Shown: positions 29,760-40,247 of the stretch, piece after piece
Layout: each line of letters opens with the position of its first letter
Position numbering within the stretch: position 1 is the stretch's first letter
Source of the DNA: an uncultured Methylomirabilota bacterium
GTDB lineage: Bacteria > Methylomirabilota > Methylomirabilia > Methylomirabilales > 2-02-FULL-66-22
Reading direction: 5' to 3'
DNA length: 64,000 nt
Assembly (NCBI GenBank): GCA_963705305.1
Contig: OY970067.1
Span: forward strand, 4,640,001 to 4,704,000
Made by a program: the position numbers and the translations under genes
The notes under the pieces: generated by a model
Database searches by the model: none
Told to the model about the DNA's origin: nothing
What the model saw: the letters and a program-made list of their open reading frames with translations, nothing else

Positions 29760-30688
29760 TGTCCGCGGAGACTTCGTCGGGCGGGTTTTTCGCCCGGCTG
29801 CGCGACGGACTGCGAAAAACCCGCGAGAACCTGCATAGCCATCTCCAGGCCGTCTTCACGGGCGCTCCGCTGGACGAGGCCCGTCTGGAGGCCCTGGAGG
29901 AGGCGCTTCTGGCTTCCGACCTGGGCCCCGCCGTCACGACGGCCATCATGCAGTCCGCCCGGACGGATTTCCGGCGCCAGGGCGCCACCACCCCGGAGGC
30001 CATGCAGGCGTTGCTGGCCGGCCGGATCGCCGACCTGTTGGCCGTGGAGGCCGCCGCCCCGTCCTATCCGTCGGCGGGACCCCGTGTGGCGCTTTTCGTC
30101 GGCACCAACGGGTCGGGGAAGACCACGACCATTGCCAAGCTCGCCAAGCGGCACCGGGATGCGGGCGACAGCGTGCTCTTGGCCGCCGCGGACACCTTCC
30201 GGGCGGCTGCCATCGAGCAGCTCCAGATCTGGGGAAAGCGCATCGGCGCCGAGGTGATCGCCCACCAGCCCGGGGCCGATCCGGCGGCCGTCGTCTTCGA
30301 TGCGTGCAAGGCGGCTGCCACCCGCGGCGTGGCGTGCCTTCTCATCGACACGGCGGGCCGGCTCCACACCAAGCGCAATCTCATGGAGGAGCTGAAGAAG
30401 ATTCGCCGTGTGATCGCCCGGGAGATTCCCGGGGCGCCCCACGAGACGCTCCTCGTCCTGGACGCCACCACCGGCCTGAACGCGCTGGCGCAGGCACGGG
30501 AGTTCCATCAGGCGGTCACGCTGACCGGCCTGATCGTTACCAAGCTCGACGGGACAGCCAAGGGGGGGTCCGTGGTGGCCATCGCGCAGGAGCTCCGGCT
30601 CCCCGTCCGGTATGTCGGGGTGGGCGAGGCCCCCGAAGACCTGCAGCCTTTCGAAGCCCGCGCCTTCGCCAGCGCCCTGCTCGCTTGA
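29759..30688 (+). CDS. ftsY: SRP receptor FtsY (NG domain only)
   Basis: GFFARLRDGLRKTR, GTNGSGKTT, DTFRAAA, DTAGR, TKLDGTAKGG. ATG is in a TGATG overlap. Confidence 0.96.
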   Translation: MSAETSSGGFFARLRDGLRKTRENLHSHLQAVFTGAPLDEARLEALEEALLASDLGPAVTTAIMQSARTDFRRQGATTPEAMQALLAGRIADLLAVEAAAPSYPSAGPRVALFVGTNGSGKTTTIAKLAKRHRDAGDSVLLAAADTFRAAAIEQLQIWGKRIGAEVIAHQPGADPAAVVFDACKAAATRGVACLLIDTAGRLHTKRNLMEELKKIRRVIAREIPGAPHETLLVLDATTGLNALAQAREFHQAVTLTGLIVTKLDGTAKGGSVVAIAQELRLPVRYVGVGEAPEDLQPFEARAFASALLA

Positions 30689-30795
30689 GCCTCCCACAGG
30701 TGGAGAGGGGCGAACGGGGACACATCCGGGCGCCCAGCCCCTTTCAGAAAGGTGCAACCCGCCGCTTGGCGGCTGGAATCCTGCCGGCTTTCACC

Positions 30796-30824
30796 TTGAC
30801 ACCTATCCAGCACAATGTTAGCCT
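30796..30824 (+). promoter_or_regulatory. Putative sigma70 promoter of the rib operon
   Basis: TTGACA-17 nt-TAGCCT with an extended TG. Confidence 0.55.
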
Positions 30825-30874
30825 TCCCGCGGAAGTCGTTGTTTGACGCTAGGTTGCGCGATATGATGGACACA

Positions 30875-31990
30875 ATGGAAAGCGACCGTGCCTACATGCG
30901 GCGGGCGCTGGAGGTGGCGGCCTCTGCCCGCGGCCGCACCAGCCCCAACCCGATGGTGGGAGCGGTCGTGGTGAAAGATGGCAAAGTGGTCGGCGAGGGC
31001 TTCCATGCCTTCGCCGGCTCCGACCATGCCGAGTGGGTGGCACTGCAGGATGCGCAGACGGAGGCCGCCGGGGCGACCCTGTACGTCAGCCTCGAGCCGT
31101 GCTGCCACTTCGGCCGCACCCCGCCCTGTGTGGAGCGGATCATCGCTGCCGGCATCCGCCGTGTGGTGGCTCCGTGCGAGGATCCCAATCCGGCCGTCAG
31201 CGGCAAGGGATTCGCCGCCCTGCGCGAAGCCGGAATCGCAGTGGAGGTCGGCCTACTGGCCGAGGAGGCCGCCCGGCTCAACGAGGCGTTTTTCACGTTC
31301 GTCCGCACGGGTCGGCCCTTTGTCATCCTGAAGGCCGCCGCCAGCCTGGACGGCAAGATCGCCACACGGACGGGCGAATCCCGGTGGATCACCGGGGAGG
31401 CCGCGCGGCAGCGCGTCCACCAGCTGCGGAACGAGGTGGATGCGGTGATCGTGGGGATCGGGACCGTGCTCCGCGACGACCCCTCGCTCACCACGCGGCT
31501 GGGCAGCATGGACCAGCGGGACCCGGCTCGGGTCATCGTGGACAATCTGGCCCGCCTGCCTTTGCGCGCCAAGGTGATCAATCGCGCTTCGACCGCCCCG
31601 ACCTACGTGGCGGTCGCCGCGACGGCCCCGCGGGCGCGGCTCGAGGCGCTGGAACGGGAAGGCGTCCAGGTGATCGTCGTGGAGGGCAGCCCCCGCCGGG
31701 TTTCCCTGGGGCCTCTGATGGACGCCCTCGGAAAACTCGGCTTCCTGTCGGTGATGATCGAAGGGGGGGCCGAGATCAACGCATCGGCCCTGCGCGAAGG
31801 CATCGTGGACAAGGTGCTCGTCTTCCTGGCTCCCATGTTGATCGGCGGAAAGTCCACGCCCACCGCGGTCGGGGGCGAAGGCATCGAGACCCTCAGTCAG
31901 GCGGCGCGCCTTCGCGATGTGCGGATCGAGCGCTTCGACGACGACATCATGATTGAGGGCTACATCCATAGGCTGGACGTGTCGGCCTAG
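30875..31990 (+). CDS. ribD: Bifunctional riboflavin biosynthesis deaminase/reductase
   Basis: TSPNPMVGA, HAE, LEPCCHFGRTPPC, SLDGKIA, IEGG. Start is ambiguous (30863, 30866 or 30875). Confidence 0.95.
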   Translation: MESDRAYMRRALEVAASARGRTSPNPMVGAVVVKDGKVVGEGFHAFAGSDHAEWVALQDAQTEAAGATLYVSLEPCCHFGRTPPCVERIIAAGIRRVVAPCEDPNPAVSGKGFAALREAGIAVEVGLLAEEAARLNEAFFTFVRTGRPFVILKAAASLDGKIATRTGESRWITGEAARQRVHQLRNEVDAVIVGIGTVLRDDPSLTTRLGSMDQRDPARVIVDNLARLPLRAKVINRASTAPTYVAVAATAPRARLEALEREGVQVIVVEGSPRRVSLGPLMDALGKLGFLSVMIEGGAEINASALREGIVDKVLVFLAPMLIGGKSTPTAVGGEGIETLSQAARLRDVRIERFDDDIMIEGYIHRLDVSA

Positions 31991-32006
31991 GCCCCTGGCG
32001 CCGCCC

Positions 32007-32657
32007 ATGTTCACCGGGATCATCGAGGCCATCGGCACCGTGAAGACCGTCACCCGCTTGACCGGTGGCGGACGGGTCCAGATCGCGGCGGCCGCCATCG
32101 TCCCAGGCGCGCACGCCGGGGACAGCATCGCCGTGGACGGCGCCTGCCTCACCGTCACCGCACTCGCCGACACGACGTTCGCCTGCGACCTGTCTGCCGA
32201 GACGCTCCAGCGAACGACGCTGGGCGATCTGCATGCGGGGTCGCGGGTGAACCTGGAGCGTCCGCTGCAGCTGGGAGACCGGCTGGGAGGCCACCTCGTC
32301 ACCGGCCATGTGGACGCCGTTGGCCGCATTGCGGGCCGGACGCCCCAGGGAGAAGGCGAGTTCATCCGCATCCGCTTTCCCCGCGAGCTCGCCCCCCTGC
32401 TGGTCCTGAAGGGGTCCGTCGCCATCGACGGGATCAGTCTGACGGTGGCGGAACTGGCGACGGAGACGCTCGGCGTGGCCTGCATTCCGTTTACGGCCAC
32501 CCACACCACCCTAGGGGAGAAGCGCGTCGGCGATCCGGTCAATCTGGAGGCCGATCTCATTGGAAAGTATATCGTCAGGATCCTGGCCGAGCGCGGGAGC
32601 ATTCCGCCAGAGGGAGGACTGACCGTGGCGATGCTGAAGGAAAACGGATTCGCATGA
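32007..32657 (+). CDS. ribE: Riboflavin synthase alpha chain
   Basis: [35 protein letters not shown]. Confidence 0.95.
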   Translation: MFTGIIEAIGTVKTVTRLTGGGRVQIAAAAIVPGAHAGDSIAVDGACLTVTALADTTFACDLSAETLQRTTLGDLHAGSRVNLERPLQLGDRLGGHLVTGHVDAVGRIAGRTPQGEGEFIRIRFPRELAPLLVLKGSVAIDGISLTVAELATETLGVACIPFTATHTTLGEKRVGDPVNLEADLIGKYIVRILAERGSIPPEGGLTVAMLKENGFA

Positions 32658-34072
32658 GCGCCCGAGGACGCCGCACCCGCCCGCTGAACGTGCCGACAGC
32701 CCATGACCCCGCTCGGGCCGTCACCCGGCGTGGGCCCGCTGGTGCCGGCCGCGGCGCCCGTGACAAGGCGGCTCCCCGGACGGCAGGGCCGGTGCGCTTC
32801 GCCCGGATCGAGGAGGCCATCAGGGACATCCGCCTCGGGAGGATGATCATCGTCGTCGACGATGAGGACCGGGAGAACGAGGGGGATCTCACCCTGGCGG
32901 CGGAGAAGGTCACGCCGGCGGCGATCAATTTCATGGCGGCCCACGGCCGCGGGCTCGTCTGCATGCCGATCATCGGGGAGCGGCTCGACCAACTCCAGAT
33001 CCCCGCCATGGTGCTGGAGAACACGTCCCCCTTCGAGACGGCCTTCGCCGTCTCGGTCGAGGCCAAGCACAAGATCAGCACGGGCATCTCCGCCCACGAC
33101 CGGGCCGCCACCGTCAAGACGATCTTGGATCCGAATACCCGGCCGGAAGATCTCTGCCGACCGGGCCACATGTTCCCCCTGCGCGCCAGGGAGGGGGGGG
33201 TCCTCACGCGTGCCGGCCAGACCGAGGCCGCTGTGGATCTGGCCCGCCTGGCCGGCCTCTACCCGGCCGGCGTCATCTGCGAGATCATGAATCCCGACGG
33301 CAGCATGGCCCGCGTCCCCGAGCTGTCTCGCTTCGCCCGCCACTACCGGCTGAAGATGATCACCATCAAGGACCTTATCGACTACCGGATGCGGCGCGAA
33401 AAGTTTGTCAGCCGGGTGGCCAGCACCACGCTTCCGACACGCCACGGCCGGTTCCAGGCAGTCCTCTACCACAGCCAGGTGGACCAGAAACATCACCTGG
33501 CCCTGGTGCAGGGAGACATCCGCACTCCGGAGCCTGTTCTGGTCCGGGTCCACTCCGAATGCCTGACCGGAGACGCGCTCGGCTCGCTCCGCTGCGATTG
33601 TGGAGCCCAGCTGGACCGGGCGCTGGAGCTGATCGCCCGCGAGGGGCGGGGCGTGCTGCTCTACATCCGCCAGGAGGGGCGCGGGATCGGCCTGGCCAAC
33701 AAGCTCCGGGCCTACGAGCTGCAGGATCAAGGCTTCGACACGGTCGAAGCCAACGAGCGGCTCGGCTTCAAACCGGATCTCCGGGATTACGGGGTCGGCG
33801 CCCAGATTCTGGTCGATCTCGGTGTCTCGAAGCTGCGCCTCATGACGAACAACCCGCGGAAGATCGTCGGTTTGGAGGGCTACGGCCTGCAGGTGGCAGA
33901 GCGTGTCCCACTGCTCACCCGTCCGACCGCAGCCAATCTCAGCTATTTGCAGACCAAACGCGAAAAGCTGGGACACCTCATCCTGCCGCTGGCGGCCCCC
34001 CGCCGCCGGGCCCGGCAGGGCGGTGACGGGACCTCAGGGGCGGCCCCGGTCTCCGGCAGGCCCAAGCGCTGA
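32654..34072 (+). CDS. ribBA: Bifunctional DHBP synthase / GTP cyclohydrolase II
   Basis: [40 protein letters not shown]. Confidence 0.96.
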   Translation: MSARGRRTRPLNVPTAHDPARAVTRRGPAGAGRGARDKAAPRTAGPVRFARIEEAIRDIRLGRMIIVVDDEDRENEGDLTLAAEKVTPAAINFMAAHGRGLVCMPIIGERLDQLQIPAMVLENTSPFETAFAVSVEAKHKISTGISAHDRAATVKTILDPNTRPEDLCRPGHMFPLRAREGGVLTRAGQTEAAVDLARLAGLYPAGVICEIMNPDGSMARVPELSRFARHYRLKMITIKDLIDYRMRREKFVSRVASTTLPTRHGRFQAVLYHSQVDQKHHLALVQGDIRTPEPVLVRVHSECLTGDALGSLRCDCGAQLDRALELIAREGRGVLLYIRQEGRGIGLANKLRAYELQDQGFDTVEANERLGFKPDLRDYGVGAQILVDLGVSKLRLMTNNPRKIVGLEGYGLQVAERVPLLTRPTAANLSYLQTKREKLGHLILPLAAPRRRARQGGDGTSGAAPVSGRPKR

Positions 34073-34108
34073 AGGCCTTCGGCCCCGTCTGGCGGAAGGA
34101 GAGGTGAC

Positions 34109-34588
34109 ATGGTGCGCATCTGGGAAGGACGGCTGGAAGCCCAGGGATTCCGCTTCGGCATCGTGGTCAGCCGGTTCAACGATTTCATTACCGCCCGCCT
34201 GCTGGATGGGGCCCTCGACGCGCTGCGCCGACACGGCGCGGACGAGGACCGGATCCTCGTGGTCAAGGTGCCGGGATCGTTCGAGATCCCGCAAATGGCC
34301 AAGCGCCTGGCCGACTCGGGGCAGCATGATGCCATCATCTGCCTGGGCGCGGTGATCCGGGGGGCCACCCCGCATTTCGAGTACATCGCCAGCGAGGTGG
34401 CCAAAGGCGTGGCGGCCGCCGCCATGGGGACCGGCGTCCCCATGGCGTTCGGCGTGTTGACCACGGACTCCATCGAGCAGGCCGTGGAGCGGGCGGGGAC
34501 CAAGTCGGGCAACAAGGGATTCGACGCCGCCTGTTCTGCCATCGAGATGGCCAATCTGGCACGGCACCTCGCAGGGGAGCGGCCGTAA
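34109..34588 (+). CDS. ribH: Lumazine synthase
   Basis: [27 protein letters not shown]. Confidence 0.96.
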   Translation: MVRIWEGRLEAQGFRFGIVVSRFNDFITARLLDGALDALRRHGADEDRILVVKVPGSFEIPQMAKRLADSGQHDAIICLGAVIRGATPHFEYIASEVAKGVAAAAMGTGVPMAFGVLTTDSIEQAVERAGTKSGNKGFDAACSAIEMANLARHLAGERP

Positions 34589-34620
34589 GACGACCGCGCC
34601 CGGCGACCTGCGGGTGAGGC

Positions 34621-35058
34621 ATGGGAGTCCACATGGGAAAGCGGCGCAAGGCGCGCGAGCTGGCCTTGATGGTCCTGTACGAGATGGAGTTTCGGCGCGG
34701 TGACGTCGAAATGGTCCTGCGGGACTTTTGGCGCGACCATCCCGTTTCTGATGACGTCCAGGCCTTCAGCGAGAGCCTGGTACGCGGCGCCTCGCAGTCT
34801 GCCGCCGAGATCGACGAGCTCATCCAGCGCAACGCCGCCCACTGGAGCGTGTCCCGCATCGCCCCGGTGGAACGGAACATTTTGCGCATGGCCGCCTACG
34901 AACTCCTCTACCGCGACGACATTCCCGAGCGGGTGGCCATCAACGAGGCGATTGAGCTGGCCAAGCTGTACGGCAGCGAAGAGTCGGGCGCCTTCGTCAA
35001 CGGGATCCTGGACCAGATCCGACTCCGGCTGCATCCCTCCCAACAGACGTCCGTCTGA
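34621..35058 (+). CDS. nusB: Transcription antitermination factor NusB
   Basis: [35 protein letters not shown]. Confidence 0.95.
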   Translation: MGVHMGKRRKARELALMVLYEMEFRRGDVEMVLRDFWRDHPVSDDVQAFSESLVRGASQSAAEIDELIQRNAAHWSVSRIAPVERNILRMAAYELLYRDDIPERVAINEAIELAKLYGSEESGAFVNGILDQIRLRLHPSQQTSV

Positions 35059-35059
35059 G

Positions 35060-35536
35060 ATGGAAACTCGCGAGGTCAGCGAACCGCTCGAAGACATTCC
35101 CGCCGACGCCCTGGTCTTCTTCTCCCTCCAAGACGAGCCGGCCCCGCGCGGACGCCTGGGCTACGCGGACTGGATCCTGTGCGGCGCCCTGTCCCGGCTC
35201 CGGGCCCGGGGGAAATACCTGGGAGAGCGCGACTCCTGCGCGCTCTTGTATCCGGACAAGAAGATGCGGGCGGAGCGCGTCCTGGTCATCGGACTGGGAT
35301 CCCGAGCAGAGCTGAACCTGACCGCGTTCTACCGGCTGTCGTATCAGACTGCGCAGACGATTCTCAATCTCCACTGCACTGCCGTGGGACTCGAGCTGCC
35401 CTTCCGCGCGTTTCCCCAGCTTCCCCCGGATCGCCTCCAGCGGAGCTTCCTGGAGGGCTTTCTGGCGGAGTTGGCGCGCGGTCGGCCCCACGCCTCCTTC
35501 ACGATCTCCCTCCTTCCACCGGATCGCACCGGCTGA
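35060..35536 (+). CDS. Stand-alone M17 aminopeptidase N-terminal (macro-like) domain protein
   Basis: ADALVFF...ADWILCGALSRL...GKYLGE...AERVLVIGLG resembles the PepA N-domain; no catalytic domain follows. Confidence 0.7.
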   Translation: METREVSEPLEDIPADALVFFSLQDEPAPRGRLGYADWILCGALSRLRARGKYLGERDSCALLYPDKKMRAERVLVIGLGSRAELNLTAFYRLSYQTAQTILNLHCTAVGLELPFRAFPQLPPDRLQRSFLEGFLAELARGRPHASFTISLLPPDRTG

Positions 35537-35802
35537 TCGCCGGGTTGCCCCCCGGCCGTCGCGACGCCACGGGGGTCCTGCGTCCGGTGAGCAGTGGCCC
35601 GCTCCCGCTACCCTCGCCGCGCCACTCCGCAGGGCGCGCGGCTCGCCGCGGCTGGGGTTGGAGTGTTACCCATGCTTCAGGTTGCACGGCGGGCAGCCGA
35701 GAGTCCTGGGGGGAGGCAGAAGAGGGAAAGGGAGGGTAGAGGCGTCAGCGGGCCGCACGGGACAGGACGCCGTTGCACCCTGTTCCCTGCAGCCCGCTGA
35801 AT

Positions 35803-37041
35803 TCACCCTTCCAGGCGTCTGAAAACGAGGCTGGCGTTGGTCCCCCCGAACCCGAAGGAATTGGTCAGCGCCGTCCGCAGGGCAGCCGGCCGCGCCGTGT
35901 TCGGAACATAATCCAGGTCGCATTCGGGGTCGGGCGTTTCGTAGTTGATGGTGGGGGGAAGGATCCCGTGCTGGATCGCCAGCACGGTGATGATCGACTC
36001 GACTCCCCCGGCCGCACCCAGCAGGTGGCCGGTCATGGATTTGGTGGAGCTGATCGCCAGCGAGCGGGCGTGATCGCCGAACAGGGTCTTGATCGCCTGG
36101 CTTTCGCTGGCATCCCCGGCCGGGGTGGACGTCCCATGGGCATTGATGTACTCCACGTCCGTGGGAGACACCCGGGCGTCCTGGAGGGCCAGCCGCATCG
36201 CGCGCACCGCCCCCTCGCCGGCGGGGGCAGGCAGGGCCACGTGATACGCGTCGGCGGACATGCCGTAGCCGATGAGCTCCGCGTAAATCTTCGCCCCTCG
36301 CCGGCGGGCATGCTCCAGCGACTCCAGGACCATGATGCCCGCCCCTTCACTCATCACGAAGCCGTCGCGATCCTTGTCGAACGGGCGGCTGGCCCGGGTC
36401 GGCTCCGCATTGCGCGTGGACAGGGCCCGCATGGCCGAGAATCCCCCGATGGTGAGGGGGGTGATGACCGCTTCGGTGCCGCCGGTGAGCATGACCTCGA
36501 CATCGCCGCGCTGGATAGCGCGGAGAGAATCCCCGATGGCGTGGTTCCCCGTTGCGCACGCGGTGGACACGCAGGAATTTGGCCCCTTGATGCCGAACCG
36601 CATGGAGATCTGCCCTGCGGCTAGGTTGGTAATAATGGAGGGAATGAAAAACGCGCTGATCCGCCCCGGTCCACGCTCCAGCAGGGTTCGGTGAGAATCC
36701 TCCAGGGCCGGAATACCCCCCATCCCGGTCCCCACCAGGACACCGATTCGCTCGCGGTTCTCGTCCGTCACCGCCAGCTTGGCGTCATCGTAGGCCATCT
36801 GCGCCGCGGCGATGGCAAACCAGATGAACATATCCATCTTGCGGACGTCCTTCTTTTCGATCCACTGCAGCGGATCGAATCCTCGGACCTCCCCCGCAAT
36901 CTGGGTATCGTGCCTACTCGCATCAAACCGGGTGATGGGCCCTATTCCGGAAACCCCGTGGGTGATGTTCTCCCAGAACTGAGGGATCCCGATCCCATTG
37001 GGGGCAACCACGCCCACTCCGGTGACGACGACCCGTTGCAT
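35803..37041 (-). CDS. fabF: 3-oxoacyl-ACP synthase II
   Basis: RVVVTG, TACATGNH, INAHGTST, KSMTGHLLGAAG, NSFGFGGTN. Confidence 0.96.
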   Translation of the reverse strand: MQRVVVTGVGVVAPNGIGIPQFWENITHGVSGIGPITRFDASRHDTQIAGEVRGFDPLQWIEKKDVRKMDMFIWFAIAAAQMAYDDAKLAVTDENRERIGVLVGTGMGGIPALEDSHRTLLERGPGRISAFFIPSIITNLAAGQISMRFGIKGPNSCVSTACATGNHAIGDSLRAIQRGDVEVMLTGGTEAVITPLTIGGFSAMRALSTRNAEPTRASRPFDKDRDGFVMSEGAGIMVLESLEHARRRGAKIYAELIGYGMSADAYHVALPAPAGEGAVRAMRLALQDARVSPTDVEYINAHGTSTPAGDASESQAIKTLFGDHARSLAISSTKSMTGHLLGAAGGVESIITVLAIQHGILPPTINYETPDPECDLDYVPNTARPAALRTALTNSFGFGGTNASLVFRRLEG

Positions 37042-37130
37042 GATACCGCTCCCGTCTTCACGCGGTCCGGGCGGTCCCGGGCCGCCCCCTTCGGACAACG
37101 TCCGCACCGACCGCCGGTGCCTGCTTGTCG

Positions 37131-37373
37131 TTAACTCTTCTTGTGCTCTTGAATGTACGTGGAGGCGTCCTTGACGGTCACAATCTTCTCGGCGTCCTCA
37201 TCCGGGATCTCGATCCCGAACTCCTCCTCCAGCGCCATCACCAGCTCCACCGTATCCAGGGAGTCGGCCCCCAGATCGTCGATGAACTTGGCGTCCGGAG
37301 TCACCTCGGCCTCGTCGACACCCAGCTGGTCCACGATGATCTTCTTGACCTTCTCTTCGACATCCGCGCTCAC
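37131..37373 (-). CDS. acpP: Acyl carrier protein
   Basis: [23 protein letters not shown] start after AAGGAGG. Confidence 0.97.
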   Translation of the reverse strand: MSADVEEKVKKIIVDQLGVDEAEVTPDAKFIDDLGADSLDTVELVMALEEEFGIEIPDEDAEKIVTVKDASTYIQEHKKS

Positions 37374-37405
37374 GACTGCCTCCTTCCCTCTATTGGGATG
37401 ACCCG

Positions 37406-38152
37406 TTACGAGGACCACATGCCTCCATTCACGTGAATCACCTGCCCCGTGATATACCCCGCCCCATCCGACGCCAGGAAGCCCACCGCGCTCGCCACGT
37501 CCTCGGGGGTCCCGAACCGATCCAGCGGAATCTGCGCCCGCATTGATTGCCGGACGGTGTCCGGAAGGGCGGCCGTCATCTCGGTTTCGATGAACCCGGG
37601 GGCCACGGCGTTCACGGTAATGCCCCGGGCGGCCACCTCACGGGCCAACGCCTTGGTCAGCCCGATGATCCCCGCCTTGGAGGCCACGTAGTTTGCCTGG
37701 CCGACGTTTCCCATGCACCCCACGACCGAGCTGATGTTGATGATCCGTCCGCCCTGCTTGTGCTTCAGCATGGGACGCAGCGCGGCCCGCGAGCAGTAGA
37801 AGGCCCCGTCCAGGTTGACGGCCAGCACCTGATCCCACTCCTCGTCCTTCATGCGGAGAATCAGCCCGTCGCGGGTGATGCCCGCGTTGTTGACCAGAAT
37901 ATCAATCCGGCCGAACCGCCCCACCGCCGCCTCGACCATGGCGGCAACCTGGGCGGCATCGGTGACGTTCACCCCATGTGCCATGGCGGCTCGCCCCGCC
38001 GCTTCCAGCTCCTTCGTCGTCGCCTCCGCCGTCTCCCGGCTGACATCGGCGATGACCACGCTGGCGCCGTCGGCGGCTAACCGGCGGGCAATGGACCTCC
38101 CGATGCCGCGAGCGCCGCCCGTGATGATGGCCACCTTTCCCGCAAGACTCAT
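37406..38152 (-). CDS. fabG: 3-oxoacyl-ACP reductase
   Basis: [28 protein letters not shown]. Confidence 0.95.
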   Translation of the reverse strand: MSLAGKVAIITGGARGIGRSIARRLAADGASVVIADVSRETAEATTKELEAAGRAAMAHGVNVTDAAQVAAMVEAAVGRFGRIDILVNNAGITRDGLILRMKDEEWDQVLAVNLDGAFYCSRAALRPMLKHKQGGRIINISSVVGCMGNVGQANYVASKAGIIGLTKALAREVAARGITVNAVAPGFIETEMTAALPDTVRQSMRAQIPLDRFGTPEDVASAVGFLASDGAGYITGQVIHVNGGMWSS

Positions 38153-38183
38153 CCCTGGTCTCCCCCCGGCTGTGTCTGGCGCA

Positions 38184-39104
38184 CTACTGGAGGGCCGCCA
38201 GCGTCGCCTCGAGGGACGCCCGGCCCTCGACGTTGAGGAGTTGCACGTCCGGTGCAATTCGTCGGATCAGACCGGAGAGCACCCGGCCCGGCCCCACCTC
38301 GATGCAGGTCGTCACTTCCTCCTTGACCAGGCGCAGGACCACGTCCTCCCAGCGCACGGGAGCCGTGACCTGCCGGACAAGGATCTCCACCACCCGGCCG
38401 GCCTCCATGAGCGGCTCGGCGTCCACGTTGGTCACCCACGGGACGCGCAAATCCGAGATCCGCACGGACTGCAGCACGGCTTCCAAGCGCCGCGCCGCCG
38501 GTTCCAGCAGCGCCGAGTGGAATGGCGCACTGACGGGCAAGAGCACCGCCCGCCTCGCCCCCCTGCCCTTGGCGATCTCCACCGCGCGTGAGACGGCTGC
38601 CGCGGCGCCGGCGATGACCGTCTGCCCGGGCCCGTTCAGGTTGGCCACCTGCACCGGGCCGACCGCCCGGGCCGCCGCGCACGCCTCTCCGACCGCCTCC
38701 CGATCCAGCCCCAGGATGGCCGCCATGGCGCCGGCACCGGCCGGCACCGCCTCCTGCATAAACTGCCCGCGCAGGCGGACCACCCGCACGGCATCCACGA
38801 ACGAAACGGCCCCCGCGGCCACCAGGGCCGAGTATTCCCCCAGGGAATGGCCGGCCACATAGGCGCAGGCAACCCCCGCCGCCGTCAGGGCGTCCAGCGC
38901 CACGACGCTCGCCGCCAGGATGGCCGGCTGTGTATTGGCGGTGAGGGTGAGATCCGCCTCGGGCCCTTCAAAACAGAGGCGGCGCAGATCGAAGCCGAGC
39001 GCGCTGCTGGCCTCCTCCCACCGCGGGGAGGACTCCCCCAACTCGCGCCCCATGCCCACCGACTGGGATCCCTGACCCGGGAAGACGAACGCGATCTTGG
39101 CCAT
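38184..39104 (-). CDS. fabD: Malonyl-CoA:ACP transacylase
   Basis: FPGQGSQ, GHSLGEY, VSAPFHS. Confidence 0.96.
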   Translation of the reverse strand: MAKIAFVFPGQGSQSVGMGRELGESSPRWEEASSALGFDLRRLCFEGPEADLTLTANTQPAILAASVVALDALTAAGVACAYVAGHSLGEYSALVAAGAVSFVDAVRVVRLRGQFMQEAVPAGAGAMAAILGLDREAVGEACAAARAVGPVQVANLNGPGQTVIAGAAAAVSRAVEIAKGRGARRAVLLPVSAPFHSALLEPAARRLEAVLQSVRISDLRVPWVTNVDAEPLMEAGRVVEILVRQVTAPVRWEDVVLRLVKEEVTTCIEVGPGRVLSGLIRRIAPDVQLLNVEGRASLEATLAALQ

Positions 39105-39164
39105 GGCGTAACCTAGAACCGCGAATCGACGGCCCACCGCCGGCCAGCGGAAGCCACGGTTGGG

Positions 39165-39206
39165 CGGTTGTTCATTGTCGGTTATCCGTTTTCCATTTCC
39201 CGTTGC
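39165..39206. repeat. Degenerate 7-bp tandem repeats between fabH and fabD
   Basis: cggttgt-tcattgt-cggttat-ccgtttt-ccatttc-ccgttgc. Confidence 0.6.
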
Positions 39207-39215
39207 CGACGGGAC

Positions 39216-40199
39216 TCACCAGCGGATCAAAGCGGAGGCCCAGGTCAGGCCGCCCCCGAACGCACACAGGAGCAGCAGATCTCCATCCCGCACCCGCCCG
39301 GCCTGCACGGCTTCGTCCAGCGCCAGTGGAATGGACGCGGCCGAGGTGTTCCCGTACTTCTGGATATTCACGCAGACCTTCTTTTCGGGCACGCCCAACC
39401 GCTGCCCCAGCGCATTGATGATGCGGAGGTTGGCCTGATGGGTGATGAGGAGATTGACATCGCCGATCTCAAGCCCGTTGTGCTTCAGCGCCACCATGGC
39501 CGCATCCTCCATGGCGCGAACCGCCAGCTTGAAGACCTCGTTGCCGTTGCTCATCCGGATCTTGCCCAGGTCTTGATCCAGGGCTTCCTGGGAGAGCGGG
39601 TGGCGCGATCCTCCGCCCGGCAGGATGAGGGCCGGCCCCTTCGATCCGTCGGAGAACAGGTGCGCGGACAGGAGGCCGCGGTCCCCTTCGTCGGCGCGGA
39701 GCACGACGGCCCCGGCCCCGTCGCCGAACAGCACGCAGGTGTTGCGATCCTGCCAGTTGACGACCTTGCTCAAGCTCTCGGCGCCCACCAGCAGCACCGT
39801 GCGCATGGTTCCAGACCGCAGCAGGCCGTCGGCCACTGCCAGGCCGTAGATGAATCCGGAGCAGGCCGCCGAGAGATCCATGGCCCCGGCCCGGCGCGCC
39901 CCCAGCCGTTCCTGGAGGACGCAGGCCGTGGACGGAAAGAACATATCCGGCGTGATAGTGGCCACCACGATCATGTCCACGTCTACGGGGTCGACCCTGG
40001 CCGCCGCCAGGGCCCGGACGGCCGCTTGGTAGGCCAGGTCGGATGTCGCCTCCTCTTCGGCTGCAATCCGGCGCTCGGAGATCCCCGTGCGCGTGCGGAT
40101 CCACTCGTCACTGGTCTCCACCAGTTTTTCCAGGTCGGCGTTCGTGAGCACCCGCGCCGGGGCGTACGAACCGGTCCCCAGTATCCGTGCAATCGCCAT
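39216..40199 (-). CDS. fabH: 3-oxoacyl-ACP synthase III
   Basis: AACSGF, LFGDGAGA, HQANLRI, YGNTSAAS. Confidence 0.96.
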   Translation of the reverse strand: MAIARILGTGSYAPARVLTNADLEKLVETSDEWIRTRTGISERRIAAEEEATSDLAYQAAVRALAAARVDPVDVDMIVVATITPDMFFPSTACVLQERLGARRAGAMDLSAACSGFIYGLAVADGLLRSGTMRTVLLVGAESLSKVVNWQDRNTCVLFGDGAGAVVLRADEGDRGLLSAHLFSDGSKGPALILPGGGSRHPLSQEALDQDLGKIRMSNGNEVFKLAVRAMEDAAMVALKHNGLEIGDVNLLITHQANLRIINALGQRLGVPEKKVCVNIQKYGNTSAASIPLALDEAVQAGRVRDGDLLLLCAFGGGLTWASALIRW

Positions 40200-40247
40200 C
40201 AGAGCGTCCCGGCCTCCCGCGGCGACCCCCATCCCGAGCGGAGGGGC

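Noticed and set aside
30689..30874. FMN riboswitch upstream of the rib operon
   Set aside because: No RFN consensus is visible, and the predicted promoter leaves too little room.
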